Part shown: positions 54,088 to 64,000 of the stretch, piece after piece | Position numbering within the stretch: the first letter of the stretch is position 1 | How the letters are laid out: each line of letters opens with the position of its first letter | Notes under the pieces: model-generated | Told to the model about the DNA's origin: nothing | Database searches by the model: none | Seen by the model: the letters and a program-made list of their open reading frames with translations, nothing else | Position numbers and translations under genes: made by a program | Assembly: GCF_009914755.1 (NCBI RefSeq) | Contig: NC_060940.1 | Strand: one strand, 5' to 3' | Origin: the human T2T-CHM13v2.0 reference genome, Homo sapiens | Length of the DNA stretch: 64,000 bases

Positions 54088-54412
54088 ACCTGGTGAGGGG
54101 GCTCTCACCTGTAATCCCAGCACTTTGGAAGGTCAATCAAGAGGATGGCTTGAGCCCAGGAGTTGAGATCAGTCTGGGCAACACAGCATGACCCCGTCTC
54201 TACAAACAATTTAAAAATTAGCCAGCTGTGGTGGCACACACCTGTGGTGGCACACACCTGTGGTGCCAGCTACTTAGGAGGCTGAAGCAGGAGGACCACT
54301 TGAGCCCTGCAGTTTGAGGCTGCAGTGAGCCGAGATCGTGTTACTGCACACCAGTCTGAGCATCAAAGTAAGACTCTGTCTCAAAAACATAACAGAGCAA
54401 AACAAAAAACAA
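54088..54412 (+). mobile_element. AluJ with a 16-bp internal tandem duplication
   Basis: CTGTGGTGGCACACAC occurs twice at 54226-54257. Confidence 0.9.
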
Positions 54413-55654
54413 CTTAAATAGGAAAATAAGATTAACCAAGATAAATCAGATGTTAGAACTTTAAAGCAGCCATCATAAAAGTGCTTCAGAAAACAATGGC
54501 GAATTTTCTTGAAACAAGAACAAAATGAAAATCATACAACTGAAAAATACAATAACTAAATGAAAAAATGTGCAGTTGGGTTCAATAGCAGAGTGGACAC
54601 GACAGAGAACAGAGTCTGTTGATTCAAGGACAATTAATAGAGCTGGCCCATAGGAACGATGGAGAGATAGGAGTCTGAGAAATGAACGCCTCCTCGGGGA
54701 TGGGTGGGACAGTGACAAAAGGCCCAGCGTTCCTGTCACCAGAGTCCCAGGAGGAGAGGAAGGAATGTGTGGTGAAAAAGTATTCAAAGGCACAGTGGTT
54801 GAAGATGTCCCAAATTTGGTGAAAGAAATAAACCTGCAGATTCAAGAATCTGAGCAAACCCCAAATAGGATAAACACATCATAACGGAACTTCAGGAAAA
54901 GAAAGACGAAGAAAAAAATCTTTTAAACCACCAGAGAAAAACGATGCATTAAGGGACACTGGTTCTGAGGATGGTGGGCTTCTCTAAAACCACAAGGCAG
55001 AGGGGGCGACACACCATCACCAGGTGCTGAGAAAAACTGTCCGCCCAGAACCCTATTCAGTGATTGTATCCTTCAGGGATGAGGGGGAAATAAAGATATT
55101 CTAAGAGGAAGGACAACTAGGATAATTTGTTACCAGAAAACCTACCCTTAATAAATGGCTGAAGGAAGCGCTCCTAACAAAAAGGAAATAAGGAAATCAG
55201 AAATAGCAACAACAGAAGGGGTAATCATATGGTAAGTATAATAGACTATGATGAGTTTCTTAAATTGTATTTTATGGTTGAAGCAAAAAATAATAACATC
55301 ATCTGCTGCGGTGCTCTACATCTGAACAGGAAATATTTATGATAATTACATGTTTAAGTGGGGGAGGAAAAGGGGAAGTAAATAAAAGTAAGCTTTTGAT
55401 ATTTCTCATGAAGTGGTGAAACATTGATGCCAGCAGGCTGTGATAAGTTACATGTGTATATTATAATCAATCCTAGAGCAGCCACTTAGAAAATGATACA
55501 AAGCAATGCACCCAAAAGTATAAATAATTCAAAATGAAATGCTAAAAACTGTTTAAGTAATCCATGACAAGTGAAATGAAACAGGATAAAGGAAAGATAA
55601 GAAACATGCAGAAAGCAAATAAAAATGGCACATTTGAATCCTAAATATGATTTC

Positions 55655-56262
55655 TGTGTGGTAAAGAATTTGGCCTAGCCCAAAGAAGAGGTCTAGCCTT
55701 TGTCCTGGCTCCTGGAAAGTAGTCCTGAAGACCATGTGACAGGAGGGTCTTTGCTATTCATGGTGGGCCCCTCAGACTATACCTGAAGTTTATGCTACCA
55801 GCTGGCTCATGGTGGGCCCTCCCAGGAATGTGCCGTCAGCCCCAGATTCCAGGAAAGGGAGAGGTGAAGATAGAGTTCCAACCAGTCTCCAACAGATCAG
55901 TCAATTATGGCTGCACAATGCAGTTCCAGGAAACACTCTGGACACCAAGGCTTGGGTGAGATTCCTAGGTTGGCAGTGCTTCATGGTATTGTCACACGTG
56001 GATGCTGGGAGAGTAATGCACCTGAGGACAACAGAGGCTTCACAGACCCTCCTAGCCCTGCCCTCTGTGCTGGTTCTGATTTGTATCCTTTCCCTGCAGT
56101 AAACAGTAACCATGTGTATAGCAGTTTTCAATGAGTTCTGTGAGTTCTTCCAGCAAATGATTGAAACTTAGGGTGCTTTGGAAACCTCTAAAACTTGCTG
56201 TTCGTGTCAGGAATGAGGGAAATTTTAGGAACCATGCCCTCAGACTTTGCAGCTTGGTTAAA
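55655..56262 (+). mobile_element. MER21C-like LTR
   Basis: TGTGGTAAAGAATTTGGCCTAGCCCAAAG..GAGGTCTAGCCTTTG...CTGGACACCAAGGCTTGGGTGAG...GAGTTCTGTGAGTTCTTCCAGCAAAT. Confidence 0.75.
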
Positions 56263-57043
56263 TCTGGGAAAAACACAGAAATAGCAGAGTAAATGCAAAA
56301 ATATGACCCATTATATGATGTCCATAAGATATTCAGTTCTAATACCATGGCATAGGTATTTAATAGATTCAAAGTGAAAGGACAGAAAAAAAAATTTCAT
56401 GCAAACAAACAGGAACTTTTAAAAAAGCAGGAGTTGCTATAATAATATCAGATAGAGTTCATGGCAAAAAGAATTTCTAGGACAAAAGAGGAATATTACA
56501 TAATAACAAAAGAGCAAGAGTATATCTTGATCCTAAATATATGTGCACCAAACAACACAGCTTCAAAACACATGAAGCAAAACCTGATAGAGCTTAAAAA
56601 AGAAATAGAAAAATCCATAATTATAGTTGGGATATGTTGACATCTCACTTTCAGAATTTGTAAAATCACTAGACAAAAAAAATCAGCAAGAATATAGGAT
56701 AAATAAACAATATTATTAGCCAATAGGGTATAATTAACATTTATGGAAAACTCTATCCATCAACAGCAAACTGCGTTATTTTCAAGCTCTTATAGAACAG
56801 ACTCTAGATCTTAAAACAAACCTTAACAAATTTTTAAAAACTGAAATCATACAAAGAGTGTCCTCTGACCACAATGGAATCAAACTGGAAATAAATTGCA
56901 GAAAGACAAGAGAAAAATCTGCAAACACTTGGAAATTAAGCAGTAAACATTTATATACAATGTGGACAAGAAGAAATCTCAAAGGGAATTTTTAAAAAGC
57001 AAGTAACACAATGAAAATATGGCATATCAAAATTTGTGGATGT

Positions 57044-57330
57044 GGCTGGGTGCAATGGCTTACTCCTGTAATCCCAGCACTTTGGGAGGCTGTGGTGGGT
57101 GGATCGCTTTTTGAGCCCAGGAGTTCAAGACTAGCCTGGGCAACATGGTGAAATCCCTATCTCTGAAAAAATTTAGCCAGGTGTGGTGGCATGCACCTGT
57201 AGTCCCAGTTACTTGGGAGGCTGTGATAGGGAGGATTGCTTGAGCCCAGAAGGTTGAGGCTGCAGCGAGTGGAGATTGTGCTACTGCACTCCAGCTTCAG
57301 TGACAGAATGAGACCCTGTCTTAAAAAACA
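57044..57330 (+). mobile_element. AluJ
   Basis: Full dimer inside the old L1. Confidence 0.92.
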
Positions 57331-59777
57331 ATTGAGGGATTCAGCTATAGCAGAGCTTAGAGAGAAATTTATAGCACTAAATCCTTATATTAGTAATATG
57401 GAAAGTTCTCAAACCAGTAGTCAAAGAACTAAAAGAGGAATAGTAAAATAAAGTTAAGGCAAATAGGACGGAAAGCGAAGAGCAGAAATTGATGAAATTA
57501 AAACCAGGAAAGCAATGCAGAACATTAAGGAAATAAAAAACAAGTTCTTCAAAAAATTAATAAAACTGATAATCCTCTAGGATGATCAACAAAGATAAAA
57601 GGAGATAACACACACATCACCAATATCAGGAATGAAACAAGAAATATCACAAAAGAGGCTGCATCTATGAAAAATGCTATAAAAATTTTATGCTCATACA
57701 TTTGACAGCCTAGGAAGAAATGAATCAATTCCTTGAAAATCACAAATTACCACAACTCAGGAAAGATGAAATATATAAAAGCCTGAATAGTCCTATAATC
57801 ATTATATAAATTGGATTTGTAACGAAAAAGCTCCTGAACACAATATATCCAGACCCAATGGTTTCACTGAAGAATTTACCAAATATTTAAAGAAGAATCA
57901 ACACCAGTTTTACACAGTCTCTTCCAGAAAATAGAAGAGACAGGACTATGATATCATTATTTTGATATCAAAACAGAACAAAGACAGCACAAAGGAAGGA
58001 AGGAAGGAAGGGAGGAAGGAGGCAGGGACAGAGGAAAGAACCCTGCAGGCTGATTTTGCTCATAAGCTTAGATGGAAAAATCCTCAAGACAGTGTTAGCA
58101 AATCAAATTTAGTAATGCATAAAAAGAGTAGTAGACCACAATCAAGAGGAATTTCACTCAAGTTATGCAAGACTGTTTTAATATTTGAAAAGCCAATACA
58201 CATATTCTGCCTTGTAAACTGAAGAAGAAAAATCATATGATCTTATCAATTGACATAGGAAAAGGTTTTGACAAAATTCAAAACCCATTCATGATATAAA
58301 CTCTTAGAAAACTTGGAATAGAGGGGTAATTTCCTCCAACTTCATAAAGAGCATTTACAAAAATCTACAGTTAACATCACACTTAATGGTGAAAGAATGA
58401 ATGCTTTCCCCTTAAGAGCAGGAACAAGGCAAGAATGTTCCCTTTCACCATGTTAATTCAAGATAGTACTGGAAGTTCTAACCAATGTAATAAGACCAGA
58501 AAAAGAAATAAAAAGTTGCAGATTGAAAAGAAAGAAAGAAAACCATCACTACTTGCACTTGGCATAATCATATACATAAACAGTCCCACAGAATAAAAAA
58601 AATCCTTGATATAAAGAGTGAGAATATCAAGGCTGCAATACACAAGAATAACACACATACACAAATTGCATCTCTCTATGGTAACAATAAACAAGTGGAA
58701 AGCAAAATAAAAACTGCAATACCATTTACAACTGCTCAAAATACATGAAGTATTAATATGTAGGAATAAATCTAATAAAACATATACAGGAGAATATAGT
58801 GCAAATTACAAAATTCTGCTGAAAGAAATCAAATATCTACATAAATGGAGAGTCATGCCATATTCAGGGATGGGAAGTCTCAAAATAGAGGTCAGCTTCC
58901 TTCAAATTGCAGGTTTGATACAATTCTAAATCTTGGCATTGTTTTTTGTATACATATGCAAACTTATTGTAAACTTTATATTAAAAGGAAGTGTCCCTAG
59001 GTTAGCTGAAACAATTCTGAAAAAGAATAATTAAATGGAAGAAATCACTGTACCAATTATTAAAGCTTACTCTACAACTACAGTAATCAACTCAGTATGG
59101 TGCTGGTGGAGGGAGAGACATATTAATTACTGGTGCAGGACAGAGATCCCACCCCAGAAATATACTTAATTAATTTTTGAGAAAGATGCAACAGCAGTTT
59201 AGTAGAGGAGTGATAGCCCTTTCAACAAGTGCTGCAGGAACAATCAGACATCCATAGGCAAGGAGATGAGGCTTGGCCTGACCTTCACATTTTATACAAA
59301 ACATAACACAAGGATCATGGGCTTAAATGTCAAACCGTAATATTTTCAGGAAAAAAAAAATAGAAGAAAATCTTCAGGACCAGGGACTAGGCAGAGCCCT
59401 TAGACTTGACATCAAAATACAATTCATAAAAGAAAAAATTGATAAATTGGACCTCATCAAAATTAATGTTTTTTTTTGCTCTGCAAAAGATGCAATTGGG
59501 ATGATGGAAAGATAAGTTACAGAATGAGAGAAAATATTTGCAAATCACATATCTGACAAAGAACTTGTGTCAAGAATAAAGAACACTCAGAACTCAAAAT
59601 AAATAAGTAATCAAATTAAAAATGTGCAAATGACATGAACAGATATTTGACCAACGAAAATATTCTTTGTACATGTAAGGATGGTCAGCAACATTAGCCA
59701 TTAGGAAAGTTGAAATTAAAACCACAATGAGACATCAGTACATATTAGAATGGCTTTTTAAAAAGTGATTAGCACTA

Positions 59778-59891
59778 GGCTGGGTGCAGTAGCTCACGCT
59801 CGTAATCCCAGAATTTTGGGAGGCCGAGGCGAGTGGATCATTTGAGATCAGGAGTTCGAGACCAGCATGGCCAACAGGGTGAAACCCCATC
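59778..59891 (+). mobile_element. AluS left arm only, 3'-truncated
   Basis: GGCTGGGTGCAGTAGCTCACG...GGTGAAACCCCATC, then a direct switch to ERVL sequence. Confidence 0.9.
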
Positions 59892-60436
59892 ACCCCTAGT
59901 GACCCACTAGCAAAAGTTTTGCTACTTGTCCCCACCACCTTATGCTCGGCTGGCCTAGAGGTCTTAGTTCCAGAGGGAGGAATGCTGCCGCCAAGAGACA
60001 CAGGGATGATCCATTGCGCTGGAAGTTTAGGCTGCCATCTGGTGGCACTAAGCTCCTCATGCCTCTGGATCAACAGGTAAAGAAGGAGTTAACTACGTTG
60101 GTGGGGGTGGCTGGTCCAGATCACCAAGGAGAAACTGCACTGCTGCTTCACAAGGGACTGAGGAAGAGCATGTCTGGGGTACAGGAGGGCCCTCGTGGCA
60201 TGCGCTGTGATTAAGATCAATGGAAAAGCACAACAGCCCAATCTAGGCAGGATTAATAATGGTCCAGAACCTTCATGAATGAAGGTTCCCCCACCAGGTT
60301 AAAAACCACAACCAGCGGAGGCTTCCTGAAGGCAAAGGGAATACAGACTGGGGAGTGGAAGAAGGTAGTTATAGGACCATGTGACCAGCTACAGAAACAA
60401 GGACTGCAATTGTCATGAATGTTTCCTCCTTATTTG
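59887..60436 (+). mobile_element. ERVL internal fragment (dUTPase region relic)
   Basis: CCATCACCCCTAGTGACCCACTAGCAAAA...GGCCTAGAGGTCTTAGTTCCAGAGGGAGGAATGCTGCC. The translation WKFRLPSG..LLMPLDQQVKK..LVGVAGPDHQGETALLLH resembles ERVL dUTPase (GVIDPDYQGEI motif, degenerate). Confidence 0.85.
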
Positions 60437-60457
60437 CTGAGAGAGAAAGAGAGAGAG

Positions 60458-61350
60458 TGTTTAAAGTTTTGGAAGAAAACATAGGAAGAAATCTTCATTA
60501 ATTGAGGTTAGGGAAATTGTTCTTAGACATGATGCCAAATGCATGTAAAAGCAAAAATCCATCAATTAGACTTGATCAAAATAAAAAATATAGCTTTGCA
60601 AAAGACACTGTTAAAAGACACTGAAAAGACAGCTATAGGCTGGGAGAGAATATCTACAAACCACATATCCAACAAAGAAAGTAGTCCGACATATATAAAG
60701 AACTCTTAAAATCAACAGTTAGAAAACCATCCAAACAAAAGTGGGTAAAAGACTTGGACCCTCACCAAAGAGGACGCTCTATGTGGAAGACAGCAAGCCT
60801 ATGAGAGACCATCAACACTAATCATTAGGGAAATGCAAATCAAAACCATAGTGAGGTGCCACTGGAAAGCACTTTGACAGTTCTGTTAAACCACATGACC
60901 CAGCAGTCCCATAACGGTTTTTCCTGGAGTAAGGAAAATTTGTGTTCACATGAAAACCTCTGCAGAAATGTTTATGGCAACTCTATGCATAATCGCCTAA
61001 ATCTGGACACAACCACACGTCCTCCCATGGATGAAGAGGTAACTACCTGTGTCTCCCTGTGCAGGCTAACACCATTCCACAATTGAAAGGAACATGCCAC
61101 TGACACACAGTGCATTGGGGTGGATCTCAAAAACATGATGCTTAGTGAAAGCAGCCAGTTACAAAGAGCCCATGCTGCGTATCTCCACTCACACGACCTT
61201 CCCAAGACAACAGTGTGACAGGGATAGAAGGCAAATCAGCAGTCAGCAGGTTGGGTGGGAAGGGCTGGACTCCAGCAAGAGGGGTGCAGTTCCTCGGCAT
61301 CCTGACTGTGGAACCTTGTACGTGTGAAAATTCTCAGACCTAAACACCTC
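60458..61350 (+). mobile_element. Second old L1M 3' portion
   Basis: GAAGAAAACATAGGAAGAAATCTTC...GGGAAATGCAAATCAAAACC...GGATCTCAAAAACATGATGCTTAGTGAAAG. Confidence 0.75.
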
Positions 61351-61499
61351 TTTTAAATGGGACCAGATGGGGAAATAAAACTATCATTTTTTGGTCATCT
61401 GTTTCATATCAGTCACCACAGGTACAGTTGTGATCCTTGAACAACACAAGTCTGAACTACATGGGTCTACCTACATACAGATTTTTTCTTAAAAAAATT

Positions 61500-61959
<460 letters not shown>

Positions 61960-62010
61960 ACTTTTTTTTTCAATAAATATATTGGAAAAATGTATTGGAA
62001 AATTTCATAT

Positions 62011-62181
62011 CAGCCATGCCAGCAGACGTGAAACCTTGCTCTTCTGGCCAAATACTTTTTTACCTGGTCTTGGAAATGCAGCTTTTGGACAGATGTAGTA
62101 GCTCATGCTTGTAATCCCAGCACTTTGTGAGGCTGAGGCAGGAGGATCACTGGAGCCTAGGAGATGGAGGTTGCAGTAAAC
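62011..62181 (+). repeat. 171-bp displaced copy of 62866-63036 (Tigger2/Alu junction)
   Basis: Ungapped alignment with 25 mismatches over 171 bp (~85%). Confidence 0.92.
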
Positions 62182-62941
62182 ATTGCAACCATTTGAAGAA
62201 ACTTGCAGATGAACCTTGTAGCCTAGAAATATTGAAAAAGTTAAGAAAAAGGTATGTCGTGAATGCATAAAATACTAGCATATTTTTATCATTTACCACC
62301 ATAAAACATACATAAATCAGTTATAAACAGTTAAAATTTATCAAAAGTTATGCACACAAACACAGTATATGGTGCCAGTCAAGAGAAATGTAAACAAATG
62401 TAAAGATGCAGTATTAAGTCATAATTGCATAAATTAATGGGAGCCCACTGTACTACTGTAATAATTCTGTCACCCCTCCCGCTAGTATTGCAGTGCACTC
62501 AGGTGTCCAGTGTCCACTTAAAATGCCATGTGACACTAGCCATCTCCACGTGAGCACTTGTCTCTCCTGTAGATTGTGTATCACAGTGAAAAGTAATCTC
62601 TTGTGGTTCTCATGTATTTTTCATGTTTAGTGCAATACCATAAACCTGAAGAAGACAACGAAACGTGTATGAAATGCCACTAGTGATGCTGGAAGTGCTG
62701 CCAAGAAGCAGAGAAAAGTCTTGACAGTACAAGAAAAAGGTGGATTGATTGATATGTACTGTAGACTGAGGTCTGCAGCTGTGGTTGCCCACCATTTCAA
62801 GATAAATTAATCCAGCCTAAGAACCATTGTAAAAAAAGAAAATGAAATTCGCAGTGTCATCACTGCAGGCATGCTAGCAGACATGAAACTTTGCTCTTTT
62901 TGCCAAATACCTTTTTATCTAGTCTTGAAAATATAGCTTTT

Positions 62942-63130
62942 GGCTGGATGTAGTAGCTCATGCCTTTAATCCCAGCACTTTGGTAGACCGAGGCAGGAGG
63001 ATCACTTGAGCCCAGGAGATGGAGGCTGCAGTAAGCCAAGATCACACAACTGCACTCCAGCCTGGAAGCGAGGCTCTGTCAGGGGGGGAAAAAAAGGAGA
63101 TGAAAGAAGGAAAGAAGGACAGAGAAATAG
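62942..63130 (+). mobile_element. Alu monomer inserted in Tigger2
   Basis: Flanked by GAAAATATAGCTTTT and GAAAATGCAGCTTTT (TSD). Confidence 0.85.
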
Positions 63131-63287
63131 AGAAAATGCAGCTTTTATGTGGGTGCAGGATATCTATAAGAAAAGCATATCTATAGACTCTAATATGATC
63201 CAAGAAAAACTGATGTCATTATATGACAACCTAAAACGAAAGACTGGTGGAGAATGGTGACTTAAAATTATGAGATCTACAAATTTG

Positions 63288-64000
<713 letters not shown>

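Larger units (their letters stand above)
53390..59775 (+). mobile_element. Old L1 (L1MC/L1M4-type), long and heavily decayed, with nested insertions
   Basis: ORF1-like A-rich region at 54.4-55.2 kb. ORF2 relics include CCTAAATATATGTGCACC, TCTGACCACAATGGAATCAAACTGGAAAT, CCAGACCCAATGGTTTCACTG and GGAACAAGGCAAGAATG. Confidence 0.85.

Overview
This is primate, very likely human, genomic DNA. It is mostly interspersed repeats: about 45 Alu copies or fragments, a 5.5-kb L1PA7-like element, an old ~6.5-kb L1MC-type element, L2/MIR relics, several LTRs (THE1, MST, MLT1, MER51, MER21, LTR33, MER39), an ERVL dUTPase relic and a Tigger2. I found no intact protein-coding gene, and almost all ORF-track entries are Alu, L1 or low-complexity translations. 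The only gene-derived sequence I recognise is a non-processed copy of the RHPN2 (rhophilin-2) terminal exon at 9161-~10281. It keeps its splice acceptor, carries an in-frame TAG at 9194, and its 3' UTR is cut off inside an Alu stub at ~10281. The most notable unexplained structures are: (i) a 143-bp, 93%-identical inverted repeat at 29766-29908/30560-30702 whose arms each hold half of a MADE1 (Hsmar1) MITE; (ii) the RHPN2 breakpoint, which has an 11-bp inverted repeat; (iii) a 171-bp templated copy of a Tigger2/Alu junction; (iv) a ~96-bp direct repeat bracketing 0.9 kb; (v) an Alu-ERVL microhomology fusion; and (vi) candidate CTCF and RFX sites. These are rearrangement scars and candidate regulatory elements, and I see no support for a novel multi-gene system. 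Repeat family names come from recalled consensus sequences, and boundaries are approximate unless a TSD is given.
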